NCBI GenBank assembly: GCA_014378525.1
Contig: JACMNL010000040.1
Coordinates: 548-64,547 of the forward strand
Reading direction: 5' to 3'
DNA length: 64,000 nucleotides
Source of the DNA: Bacteriovorax sp.
GTDB taxonomy: Bacteria; Bdellovibrionota; Bacteriovoracia; Bacteriovoracales; Bacteriovoracaceae
Shown: piece by piece, positions 46,993-56,253 of the stretch
Position numbering within the stretch: position 1 is the first letter of the stretch
How the letters are laid out: each line of letters opens with the position of its first letter
Notes under the pieces: generated by a model
What the model saw: the letters and a program-made list of their open reading frames with translations, nothing else
Told to the model about the DNA's origin: nothing
Databases searched by the model: none
Translations under genes and position numbers: made by a program

Positions 46993-48129
46993 CTATCTGC
47001 CTCTCATGTGTTTTAAGTTATCCCAGACATCGAGGAATTCCCTGATCAGAGCTTCCACTTCTTTTTCAGTTGTAAGACTTCCAAGAGAAATACGCAGAAA
47101 ATTTTTATGAAACTTTTCCGGAATATTCATAGCAAATAAAGATGGATTGAATCCGGGTATTTTTGAAGAACAGGCAGAACTGGAAGCAATATAAACTTCT
47201 TTGGTTTCGAGATGACGTAAAATAATATCAGATGAAATACCGGGAAGAACGAATGAAACGATAAAGGGAGATGTCGATTTAAAAGGAAACTGGATCGTTG
47301 AAATCATCTGAGAAAGTTTCGCCATAATCATTTCGCTTAACTGTGATGCCTTTGAAAAACTTTGTGTAGAATTCTCCATAGTGATTTTCATGGCCTTATG
47401 AAAACCCGCAATCAAAGGGTATGACAAAGTACTCGAGCGCATTCCATTTTCATGGGACCCACCAAGCAGCAACGGCTGCACTTTATGATTATGCTTTAGA
47501 AATAATCCTGCAATCCCCTTAGGTCCACCGATTTTATGAGATGTGAAACTCATTGAATCAATATCTGAACTAAGTTTAAAATTTATTTTAGTAAAAGACT
47601 GAACAGCATCGACATGAACATGGGCCTTCGTTTTTTCCTTAACTATTTTTGCAAGCGCTTCAATGTCTGAAACAACACCACTTTGATTATTTACATGTGT
47701 AAGGACAACCAGTTTTACATTTTCGTTAAGAAATGAAGAAAATTTTTCAATATCAATGGTCGCATTTGTATCAAGTATAATTTCTTTTAAAGTGACGTTA
47801 AACTGCTCTGCCAGAAATTCAACCGGCACAGTTACACTAGGGTGGTCTGCTTTTGAATAAAGAACCACATCACCTGCGATTAAAGAAAGTCCGCGGATAA
47901 CAGTGTTGTTGGATTCTGTGGCAGAAGAAGTAAAAATAAACGAATCATTTTTGTTTGCGCCGATGGCCTTTAAAAAATCTTCACGAAAGATTTCGATTAT
48001 CTCCTGAAGATTTTGTCCCAGAATGTGTTGTGCACTTGGATTGGCAAAATCGTCCTTCATCGTCTGTGTTAAGACGTCGAGGACTTCCGGATAAATGGTT
48101 GAAGAGGCGGCATGATCGAAATAGTTCAT
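46993..48129 (-). CDS. iscS: Cysteine desulfurase (IscS/NifZ type), partner of ThiI
   Basis: YFDHAAS, HVNNQSG, HVDAVQS, SHKIGGPKG, SACSS. Confidence 0.9.
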   Translation of the reverse strand: MNYFDHAASSTIYPEVLDVLTQTMKDDFANPSAQHILGQNLQEIIEIFREDFLKAIGANKNDSFIFTSSATESNNTVIRGLSLIAGDVVLYSKADHPSVTVPVEFLAEQFNVTLKEIILDTNATIDIEKFSSFLNENVKLVVLTHVNNQSGVVSDIEALAKIVKEKTKAHVHVDAVQSFTKINFKLSSDIDSMSFTSHKIGGPKGIAGLFLKHNHKVQPLLLGGSHENGMRSSTLSYPLIAGFHKAMKITMENSTQSFSKASQLSEMIMAKLSQMISTIQFPFKSTSPFIVSFVLPGISSDIILRHLETKEVYIASSSACSSKIPGFNPSLFAMNIPEKFHKNFLRISLGSLTTEKEVEALIREFLDVWDNLKHMRGR

Positions 48130-48162
48130 GCCGTATTATTATCACGAAGATTATTGATCTGA

Positions 48163-49770
48163 CTAATAACTTAAAGCGTCTTCAATGGAGATCTGCTCAT
48201 CTTTTAGTTTAGCAAAAGGAGTCGTGGGTAATTCTTTCAGTGAGTAGTCCATTTTTGCAGAATAATCGCGATCGATCAGATTTCTAAGCCCTTGTTCTGC
48301 CTGATACCATTCCATTTTTTCTTTAGATGAGTTGCACGATTTTAAACTTTCCAGGTCCATCATTCCCCAGCGAAGTTCTGCACAGTGATATGGATCGAAT
48401 GAAAGTTTATAAATACTTTTTAAGACTGTATCAAGTGTTAATGACTGTATCTGGCCGTTTGATTTTTTTACATCGACTGCACATTTCGTTGAAGACTCTG
48501 CATAAGTAGCTTTCAAATCACTGACGATATCAAGTCCTTCATAAACTATGGCAGGATTTTTAGTCTTCTCTCCCTGAATCATTTTTGTCATCAAAGCGCG
48601 TCCTTCACGGATCGAAGCTTTTAGTCTTGCATCTCTTGATGGAGTTGAGAAATTTTCCCAGTCTCCGTCTGTTCCATAGATGTTGGCCGGAAGTTTATCA
48701 GGATGATTTTGTCCCGCGATTCCTGCATTTATGGCAAGTGCAACTGACATCCCTCTTTCTTTAACATCATGGCAAAGCTCGCTCATCAATTCAGTTAACT
48801 CTTCAACCGGATGATAAGTAAGAGTCCCTAGTGATAATTTATTTCTTACGTATTCGTGAAAATCCATAGTCGCACCATTCACAACAAAATCTTTTTTCCT
48901 GTCGAACTGCTCAAGACCGTAATCAGGAAGTTGTGAGTTGGGAGTCGCAACGATAGAACCGTCTGCGGTGAAAGGTCTCCAGTTAGAAAAACCACCGCCA
49001 ATTTCAACATTGGTCTGTGTGAATTTTTCTCCGTATGTAATTGAGGTTAAGCTGTTGTCAGGATGTGCATCAATTAGATGTACTTTTCCATTGGGAGTTA
49101 CTTCAAAAACTACAGCGACGTGTCCGTTTGGATCGTATAAAACTGTTCCGGGCTTAATTGAGGCACGTGAAATTGTCACCGGGTATGTATCTCTGAATAA
49201 TTTATCTGTTGAAGTCAGTGAAGCGTCAGTACGAAAAGTTGCAGTCGAGATGGCCTCAACAACTGAAACTAAAACTTCATTAATATTATCGCCGTTTTTA
49301 ATATATCTTTTTTCTGCGATGATATTTCCATAACGGTTGTATCTGATGTCAGGAGCTTTTTTTCCGAAGTGCCATTTTTTAGTTACAACAGGAATTGCTC
49401 CTGCTGATATTTCAGGTGCCGCAATCATATTGACTGGAAAAGTAAATGGTAAATCATTCATCCAGCTGAAGTACGCTTTAAAAACGTAAGGAAGATCCGC
49501 GCAGTCCGAGTATACATCCATCAAATTTTCTGGATTTAAATTATAATATTTTGGATTGGCCACTGGGCTTTTAATACACTCACTGACTGTATTACAAACT
49601 CCGGCCTGTTTTGCTTTACCGATTCCAGCAATAAATTCTTCGTAAGATTTATCGATGGATTTTGTCCATTCCGTGTTCTTGATCTGCCACGCCAGTGGTT
49701 TTTTAGTACTCGCCTGTGCATTCATTGAAAAAGATAAAACTAGCGAAACCACTAAGGGTAACGTTTTCAT
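48163..49770 (-). CDS. Exported hypothetical protein with papain/NlpC-P60-like Cys-His-Asp pattern
   Basis: Signal peptide; DCADLPY, PNGHVAVV, LIDAHPD. Confidence 0.6.
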   Translation of the reverse strand: MKTLPLVVSLVLSFSMNAQASTKKPLAWQIKNTEWTKSIDKSYEEFIAGIGKAKQAGVCNTVSECIKSPVANPKYYNLNPENLMDVYSDCADLPYVFKAYFSWMNDLPFTFPVNMIAAPEISAGAIPVVTKKWHFGKKAPDIRYNRYGNIIAEKRYIKNGDNINEVLVSVVEAISTATFRTDASLTSTDKLFRDTYPVTISRASIKPGTVLYDPNGHVAVVFEVTPNGKVHLIDAHPDNSLTSITYGEKFTQTNVEIGGGFSNWRPFTADGSIVATPNSQLPDYGLEQFDRKKDFVVNGATMDFHEYVRNKLSLGTLTYHPVEELTELMSELCHDVKERGMSVALAINAGIAGQNHPDKLPANIYGTDGDWENFSTPSRDARLKASIREGRALMTKMIQGEKTKNPAIVYEGLDIVSDLKATYAESSTKCAVDVKKSNGQIQSLTLDTVLKSIYKLSFDPYHCAELRWGMMDLESLKSCNSSKEKMEWYQAEQGLRNLIDRDYSAKMDYSLKELPTTPFAKLKDEQISIEDALSY

Positions 49771-49898
49771 AGGTATTCCTGGAAATAAATTTTAGGTAGG
49801 TTTGATCTATCGCAGTCGAAATGGTTTGAAATCCACTGTGTGCCTCACCTGTAATTTTTACAATATACAGATGCTAGGAAAGCTGGATTTGTGGGTGT

Positions 49899-50147
49899 AT
49901 GATGAGTTTCAGAGGGAATTTTATGATAAAAGATCCTGATAAAAATGAAAGTGATGAACCGGTAGAAATCTATCCCGACTGGTCACAAATGGATGCCATG
50001 TCCATTTATAGATCCAGTGGCGGTACTCCCGTTAAAGCAAAGCAGCAAGATTTAGGAATTGTGGAAAAAAAGAATATTAGTTTCTTTAAAATCTTTATTT
50101 CTTTTCTGGTTATCATTTGTTTGATCGCCTTTATTTCCGGACGCTAA
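49899..50147 (+). CDS. Small protein with C-terminal TM helix
   Basis: Acidic N-terminus and one C-terminal hydrophobic helix; alternative start at 49923. Confidence 0.55.
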   Translation: MMSFRGNFMIKDPDKNESDEPVEIYPDWSQMDAMSIYRSSGGTPVKAKQQDLGIVEKKNISFFKIFISFLVIICLIAFISGR

Positions 50148-50192
50148 GCAAAATGCTTAACAATCGGGTTTTCAATCGCAACTGCAAAATAA

Positions 50193-51572
50193 TCAGGCTT
50201 CGCCCACTTTAAATCTTCTTCCTTTTATTTTACCTTCGAGAAGTTTTGCAACAGCTCCTTCAAGAAGGTTTGCTTTAATTGCTACATAACTTTGTTTTTC
50301 AAAAATATTAATATTGCCAACATCCGCAGCTGCGATCCCCGCTTCATTAACCAGAGCGCCCAGAATATCTCCGGCCCTCATTTTTTCTTTTTTTCCGCCA
50401 TTGATATACATAGTTTTCATGGGAGCTTTTAGATTGAATTGAGCAGAAGTCGATAAGGAATCTACGCTTAAAAATTCATTTTTATTTCCGGTGTAAATTT
50501 CGATGTCATGAAGTTTATGTTTTTCTGTAGATACAAAAAATGAAAATGCCAGACCTATCTTCCCGGCCCTCGCTGTTCTTCCGATTCTATGAGTGTAAAC
50601 TTCTGCATCTGCCGGCAAATCGAAATTCACTACGGCCTCCAGATCTTTTACATCCAATCCTCGTGCGGCCACATCAGTTGCCACTAATACCAGACAACTT
50701 TTATTTGAAAATTTTGTGAAGACGACTGTGCGCTCGTTCTGATCAAGGTCACCATGGAATGCGAGAGCAGCGATTCCCTGCCTTACAAGCACTTTTGCAA
50801 CGTCAGCGCATAGTTGCTTTGTTTTACAGAAAATAATCGTCGATTCAGGTTTATAATGGCCTAATAAACGATTGAGAGTATCAAGCTTCTCTCTATGTTC
50901 ATCCACTTCGATAAAAATTTGTTTGATGACATTTTTTTCATGTTTTGAATCAACTGATAAACGTTTTGGATTTTTCTGGAATACGCGACTCAAGTCTTCA
51001 ATCTCATCCGGAAAAGTTGCAGAAAAAAGCAGAGATTGTTTTACTCTTGGAGCAAACGATGCAATAGCTTCCATTTCTTCACGAAATCCCATATCCAGCA
51101 TTCTATCGGCTTCATCGAGAACCAGAAATTCAATCGAACTTAAATTGATTGCACCTTTTTTTAAAAATTTTAAAACTCGTCCCGGAGTTCCGACGATGAT
51201 GTGTACACCGTGTTCCAGCGAACTCAGTTGCTGATACTCTGAAGTACCGCCACAGATGACGAGCACTTTGCAATTTGGGATATTGCGGGCCAGCCTGCGA
51301 ATCTCTTCAGCAACCTGTTCTGCTAATTCATGAGTTGGACATAACACGAGTGATTGAAGAGATTTATTTTCAATGTTTAATTTATTGAGAATTCCCAAAC
51401 CAAATGCCGCGGTTTTTCCGCTTCCTGTTTTGGCCTGTGCAATCAGGTCAACGCCTTCGAGAATAAGAGGCAGTGCCTGTTCCTGGACTGGTGTCATGGC
51501 GTGAAAGCCAAGAGTTTCAAGGTTAGAGAGGATCTTTGGATCTAGAGGAAGTTTATTAAATGAATTTGTCAT
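50193..51572 (-). CDS. dbpA: ATP-dependent RNA helicase DbpA
   Basis: Q motif, AKTGSGKT, GTPGR, DEAD, SAT, HRIGRTAR, C-terminal GGKKEKMRAGDILGAL RNA-binding domain. Confidence 0.95.
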   Translation of the reverse strand: MTNSFNKLPLDPKILSNLETLGFHAMTPVQEQALPLILEGVDLIAQAKTGSGKTAAFGLGILNKLNIENKSLQSLVLCPTHELAEQVAEEIRRLARNIPNCKVLVICGGTSEYQQLSSLEHGVHIIVGTPGRVLKFLKKGAINLSSIEFLVLDEADRMLDMGFREEMEAIASFAPRVKQSLLFSATFPDEIEDLSRVFQKNPKRLSVDSKHEKNVIKQIFIEVDEHREKLDTLNRLLGHYKPESTIIFCKTKQLCADVAKVLVRQGIAALAFHGDLDQNERTVVFTKFSNKSCLVLVATDVAARGLDVKDLEAVVNFDLPADAEVYTHRIGRTARAGKIGLAFSFFVSTEKHKLHDIEIYTGNKNEFLSVDSLSTSAQFNLKAPMKTMYINGGKKEKMRAGDILGALVNEAGIAAADVGNINIFEKQSYVAIKANLLEGAVAKLLEGKIKGRRFKVGEA

Positions 51573-51640
51573 GCATCAGTGTTTACCATTTTATTACGAG
51601 TGAGTATATTAGAAGCACCTTTATAAGCAGGAGATATCAC

Positions 51641-52384
51641 ATGATCATTTTTATTACTGGAGCGACAGCGGGATTTGGAGCGGCAATGGTTAAGCGATTT
51701 ATCAATAATGGTCATAAAGTTATCGCGACAGGAAGAAGAATGGATCGCCTGGAAAAACTGAAAGCTGATTACGGCGCAAACCTTTTTCCGCTTCAGCTCG
51801 ATATCCAGGATAGAGGAAATGTAGCGACGGCGATTGATAATCTTCCCGATGAATGGAAAAATATTGATGTACTTATCAACAATGCAGGACTCGCTTTAGG
51901 AATTAATCCTGCACAATCAGCTTCGATAGAAGACTGGGATACAATGGTTCAGACCAACATCAATGGTCTTCTTTACTGCACACAAAAAATTCTTCCATCA
52001 ATGGTTAAAAAAAATAGCGGACAGATTATCAATCTAGGTTCTGTGGCCGGAGAATTTCCCTATGCCGGTGGAAATGTTTACGGAGCAACTAAAGCTTTCG
52101 TTCACCAGTTCAGCATGAATTTGCGGGTTGATTTACTGGGAACAAAAATCCGCGTGACTAATGTCGAGCCGGGAATGTGTCAGACAGAATTTTCTGAAGT
52201 GAGATTTTTGGGTGACAAAAAAAAGGCCGATGCTGTCTATAAAGGCATTCATGCGCTTTCTGCTGACGATATTGCAGAAACAATTGAGTGGATTGTATCA
52301 AGACCTGCGCACGTGAACGTGAATAATATTTCAGTCATGCCCGTCCAGCAGGCCTTCGGTGGATTTGCTGTTCACCGCGATTAA
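51641..52384 (+). CDS. ydfG: SDR oxidoreductase, YdfG-like NADP-dependent 3-hydroxy-acid dehydrogenase
   Basis: TGATAGFG, NNAGLALG, YGATK, TNVEPG, PAHVNVN; ATG 51641 after AGGAG. Confidence 0.85.
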   Translation: MIIFITGATAGFGAAMVKRFINNGHKVIATGRRMDRLEKLKADYGANLFPLQLDIQDRGNVATAIDNLPDEWKNIDVLINNAGLALGINPAQSASIEDWDTMVQTNINGLLYCTQKILPSMVKKNSGQIINLGSVAGEFPYAGGNVYGATKAFVHQFSMNLRVDLLGTKIRVTNVEPGMCQTEFSEVRFLGDKKKADAVYKGIHALSADDIAETIEWIVSRPAHVNVNNISVMPVQQAFGGFAVHRD

Positions 52385-52562
52385 ATTTTGTCAGGGTCTA
52401 TTGCCAAGGTCTCAAATGAGTAAGGAATAGAGCAGTTATTTATGACCCGAGTATTTCTGCTGCCGGCTGGGCGAATATGACGATCACATTTATCAGTAGA
52501 ATTCCAATTTTCAACGGCTATCAGGTCATCATTGATATCAACCAGAAGTAGAAGAATTAATT

Positions 52563-52865
52563 ATGAAAAATGAAAATCAGACTCCGCTTACTCATCATAT
52601 CCTTCCGACTTCGGCCAACCTGCTGGGGATATGTTTTTTCGTTTTAAGTTATGTAAAGATGGGAGATAAAGCTGACAGTACACTGCTGGATGAATGTATT
52701 CTTCTTCCAATTATACTGTTTTTTGTTGCGAGTGTATTTTCCTATATAGCAATGCGCTCATATGACAACAGACCTCGCATAGAAAGAATGGCCGATTATT
52801 TTTTTATGACCGGACTTTTGTCTCTTTCAGTCATTGCAGTCATCTTGATTCTCAAATTTATCTAA
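52563..52865 (+). CDS. Small 3-TM membrane protein
   Basis: HILPTSANLLG; three hydrophobic segments. Confidence 0.7.
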   Translation: MKNENQTPLTHHILPTSANLLGICFFVLSYVKMGDKADSTLLDECILLPIILFFVASVFSYIAMRSYDNRPRIERMADYFFMTGLLSLSVIAVILILKFI

Positions 52866-52950
52866 CTGAATCTTACATTCCCTTATAAAATGATTGTATT
52901 TATCCCGGATATTTATCAAAATAAGCCTTTATTTAACTAGGATTTTACCT

Positions 52951-53742
52951 ATGCTAAAGGCCATTGTTTTTTGCACATTGCTGCTGGTGATAGACTCAAC
53001 CGGTTTTGCAAAAACTACAGGACTTACTATTTGCTCCCTGGATAATGGCTTTGGAATTTATACCAAACCTGATGGAAACGGAATCTGGCAAAAAATTGTA
53101 AAAAACTCAGTTAAAGACCTGGATATAAGTCTTAAATTTATCTATGCACCCAGAGCAAGATGCCTGTTGAAAATCAAAAAAGGCGGGGCCGATGCTGTTT
53201 ATGCAGGAGTCACTGAAGATAAAAAAACTTATATGGTTTTTCCCCAAACTAAGGCGCACGTAGAAGATATTTCCCGTTCGATTGGCCAGATTCAGTACAA
53301 AATCTATAAAATGAAGGGCAACAACGTCCTCTGGAATGGTAAAATTTTCACAAATCTTGGAACAAATACTATTGGAGTGCAAAGAGGTTTGCAAATTGAA
53401 CAGAGTTTAAGGGATAATCATGTGAAGGTCGAAGGTGACCTCGTCGCATCTCCCGAGCAAAATTTAAAAAAGCTCATTCTCGGAAGAATCGTCGCTGCGG
53501 CCATTGAAGAACAGCAGGCCGATGAAGTGATCACTAAAAACGGGTATGATGGAATCATGAAATTTCCGAAAAGTTATTCCAATTCAGAAGTTCATCTAGC
53601 TTTTTCCTACAGGTTTTATCAGGAGCACCACGACCTGGTAGAAAAAATCTGGGACAACATCAGGATTTCAATAAAAGCATTTCCTAAATACAATCCTGCG
53701 GCCATTCATATCAATAAACATTTGCAGACGGCTTCAATATAA
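52951..53742 (+). CDS. Periplasmic substrate-binding protein (family-3-like)
   Basis: APRARCL..IKKGGAD, IGVQRG, NLKKLILGRI, VHLAFS; signal peptide from ATG 52951. Confidence 0.75.
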   Translation: MLKAIVFCTLLLVIDSTGFAKTTGLTICSLDNGFGIYTKPDGNGIWQKIVKNSVKDLDISLKFIYAPRARCLLKIKKGGADAVYAGVTEDKKTYMVFPQTKAHVEDISRSIGQIQYKIYKMKGNNVLWNGKIFTNLGTNTIGVQRGLQIEQSLRDNHVKVEGDLVASPEQNLKKLILGRIVAAAIEEQQADEVITKNGYDGIMKFPKSYSNSEVHLAFSYRFYQEHHDLVEKIWDNIRISIKAFPKYNPAAIHINKHLQTASI

Positions 53743-54893
53743 AAATAAAATATTTCCTGTTCACTATTTTTTTCCTGAACTCTTCAAGTCTTTTTGCTGA
53801 AGATCTGGGTATTTCTGTCGGTGGAAAAAATGAGCTGATTATTACTGGAAGCAGCTGTGAAAAACTACTTAAGCAGGAAGCTGCGCTTTGCACGTGGAAA
53901 AAAAAAGCAGAACCTGAATTTATCTTTCCCAAAAATCTTTCAACAAAATGCCTGGCCGATAAAAGAGGAAAAGTGAAACTCATCATTTCCACTTGCCTCC
54001 CTGAGTTTGCAAAAAATTTTCAAGATAAAAAACTAGTACATGACGGACCAAACTGCTGGGGAACAGCGATGAGTTTTAACAAACTCGATCCAAAGCCCCG
54101 CTTTATCTGGCCTGAAGAAATGATGTACTGGATGAACAACTCACCTCTTTGCAGGAAACTTAACGTTGGAGAAAAGGCCATTCCCGGAGACGTGATCAAC
54201 GTTTACGCTCCTGAAAAAATGGACAAATTTGAGAGAATTGAAAATGATGCCGGAACAAAATTCTGGAACTCCTTATATCCAAAACGCTATACTCCCGTCA
54301 TTCCTGATCCAAGCGGCAGCGACTATACGGGCTTTCACAGGTTACTTCACTCCGTAACATATATTTCAGACGATCTGGCCTTTGGAAAAGATTCTCCAGC
54401 TAAGGATGACCGTTTTTATTTTCATCCGCTCAATCAGGTCTATGGACGTCCTCGTGGAGATGCAGAAATTGATTGCCAGGAAAATCAGTCTCTCGAACCC
54501 TATATTCGTGAATACCAGAAAGCGCCGCTAAAAATCCGTGGTTCAAAATGCAGTTACTTTTCGCTCGCCTACCGTTGTGAAAACTTTGCTGAATACTTTT
54601 TAAAATTAAAACTGAAAGATGAGGATGCCATTATCTGGAAAAGTGTCCAGTCACTTCAGGGTCTTCAGGAAAAACTTTTTCCGCTTTTAACAAGTCATCA
54701 TAAAATACTGGAAGACTGTGAAGTGACTTTGATCACTGCACTTGCTGACATGACTGCAAAAACGGCAGTTATTGAATTGCAAAAACCAAAACTCGACAAG
54801 AACCGCGAGATGCTTCTGACAATGCAGTACTTCGCTGCTTCAGGTATTAGACAGACACTCGAGCAGGTTGAATTGATCAAGATGCAGAAGTAA
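53739..54893 (+). CDS. Exported papain/NlpC-P60-like protein, apparent ATA start
   Basis: The frame is open from 53718. ATA 53739 gives (M)KIKYFLFTIFFLNSSSLFA-EDLG, a clean signal peptide. GPNCWG..GDVI..LLHSVTY. The ORF track's GTG 53973 start lacks the signal. Confidence 0.6.
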   Translation: MKIKYFLFTIFFLNSSSLFAEDLGISVGGKNELIITGSSCEKLLKQEAALCTWKKKAEPEFIFPKNLSTKCLADKRGKVKLIISTCLPEFAKNFQDKKLVHDGPNCWGTAMSFNKLDPKPRFIWPEEMMYWMNNSPLCRKLNVGEKAIPGDVINVYAPEKMDKFERIENDAGTKFWNSLYPKRYTPVIPDPSGSDYTGFHRLLHSVTYISDDLAFGKDSPAKDDRFYFHPLNQVYGRPRGDAEIDCQENQSLEPYIREYQKAPLKIRGSKCSYFSLAYRCENFAEYFLKLKLKDEDAIIWKSVQSLQGLQEKLFPLLTSHHKILEDCEVTLITALADMTAKTAVIELQKPKLDKNREMLLTMQYFAASGIRQTLEQVELIKMQK

Positions 54894-55024
54894 CTTCTTG
54901 TGAAGTTTTATACTAAAGCGTAATGCTAGGGATTCACTCAGTCATTGTACTTTTTTGTCTCATTCACTAATCAAGATTGATATATTCGCATCGCAAATCC
55001 ATTGAAACATGAGAGTCACAATAG

Positions 55025-55040
55025 TGGCATATGACTTGCT
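55025..55040 (+). promoter_or_regulatory. sigma54 -24/-12 promoter
   Basis: TGGCATATGACTTGCT lies 51 nt before ATG 55092. Confidence 0.65.
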
Positions 55041-55091
55041 CTTTAATACTTACAAATCCAGGCAATTGAGCCTGATCATTAAGGAGTATTT

Positions 55092-55331
55092 ATGGCCATG
55101 CAAGATAAAAATTCACAAGGACAAAAACCTGTTTCTAATCAAACACAAACACCACAGGCAGATCAACAACAAGGACAAAGCTGGCAACAACAAGGGCAAA
55201 ATAGACCTTCACAACAGGCCAATGAAGCACCTAAAACAGGACAGTCATCTCAATCTCAAAATCAATCACAATCTAATACAAATAAAACATCTTCCTCATC
55301 AATGGATAACAATAACACCAGTAAAAAATAA
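55092..55331 (+). CDS. Small Gln/Asn/Ser-rich disordered (hydrophilin-like) protein
   Basis: AAGGAG RBS; almost no hydrophobic residues; followed by a hairpin. Confidence 0.7.
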   Translation: MAMQDKNSQGQKPVSNQTQTPQADQQQGQSWQQQGQNRPSQQANEAPKTGQSSQSQNQSQSNTNKTSSSSMDNNNTSKK

Positions 55332-55358
55332 GGATAGAAATAAAATGGTATCCATTAT

Positions 55359-55395
55359 CAGGCCTGGAGAAATCCGGGCCTGCTATTTTTATTTT
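55359..55395 (+). terminator. Rho-independent terminator
   Basis: CAGGCCTGGA-gaaa-TCCGGGCCTG followed by a T-rich tract. Confidence 0.65.
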
Positions 55396-55419
55396 TCAAC
55401 ATTACAGATAATAATTAAT

Positions 55420-56130
55420 TTATTTATTAAACCAACACTCTGATCTTTTTAATGGATTCCTGAAAGCTTCATAGCGACACTGAATATTTGGATATTGATT
55501 GATTAATGTATTCGGAACAATTTGTTTTGTTTGCATAAAACGGATGAGTGTTGCATTAGGCTCATTTGAATCATAATCCTTTAAAGCATTCAGCATTTCA
55601 AATCCGGCCTGTTCAACTCTTGCTGGAATTTTTTGAAGTAACTCACCTTGCGACTGAAATAATTTCGGAAGACATACACTCGCCGCAAAAAGATCTGCCT
55701 GTCCTTCAGACGAAGACCATTCGGCCCCTGGAATTGTCTGGAAAGGAAATCCTCCAATCATGTGACCAATCTCATGGCAGACGATGGCCGCATAAGCATC
55801 GGGAGTCATTTTATCAATTCTCGCCATCCCTCCAAGAATCATCAGATGAAAATTATCTTTGTAAAGTGAAACACCGGCACCGAAATATGGGCTTTCCCAG
55901 TTTACTTCCAGTAAAATTGGAGCGCTTAGTTTAGAGAGTTCCGGTGAAAAAAGTGAAATGATTCTCGCTGGAGTGAAATAAAAATCTGCAACTTTGATGA
56001 TGGAATCTGGTGCCATCTCTGGAGTCAGGCAGAAGTAATCGGCCCTGTCCGTAGGGCACGAGAAGGCAGCATGTGCTGTCGACATACACATCAGGTAACC
56101 CAAAACCATGAATTTAAACATGCTTTTCAT
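55420..56130 (-). CDS. Exported HEXXH zinc metalloprotease-like protein (M48-like)
   Basis: Signal peptide; IVCHEIGH and SSEGQAD motifs. Confidence 0.75.
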   Translation of the reverse strand: MKSMFKFMVLGYLMCMSTAHAAFSCPTDRADYFCLTPEMAPDSIIKVADFYFTPARIISLFSPELSKLSAPILLEVNWESPYFGAGVSLYKDNFHLMILGGMARIDKMTPDAYAAIVCHEIGHMIGGFPFQTIPGAEWSSSEGQADLFAASVCLPKLFQSQGELLQKIPARVEQAGFEMLNALKDYDSNEPNATLIRFMQTKQIVPNTLINQYPNIQCRYEAFRNPLKRSECWFNK

Positions 56131-56253
56131 TAGAGGCTTATAGCAAATTTTTTATGAGTAACTTTTTAAATGTAAATTTTCCATACTTTCAGTTTCGGCC
56201 GCGAAATGCGGCTATAATGCCCTTCCAAACGTATAGGATTTCAGGAGTATAAT

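Noticed and set aside
45765-48129. ThiI lacking a rhodanese domain, paired with a cysteine desulfurase
   Set aside because: Already described arrangement (nifZ/iscS-thiI type), so not novel.
55009-55443. 144-aa plus-strand ORF overlapping the Q-rich gene
   Set aside because: Alternative frame of a low-complexity region; the 55092 frame has the RBS, promoter and terminator.
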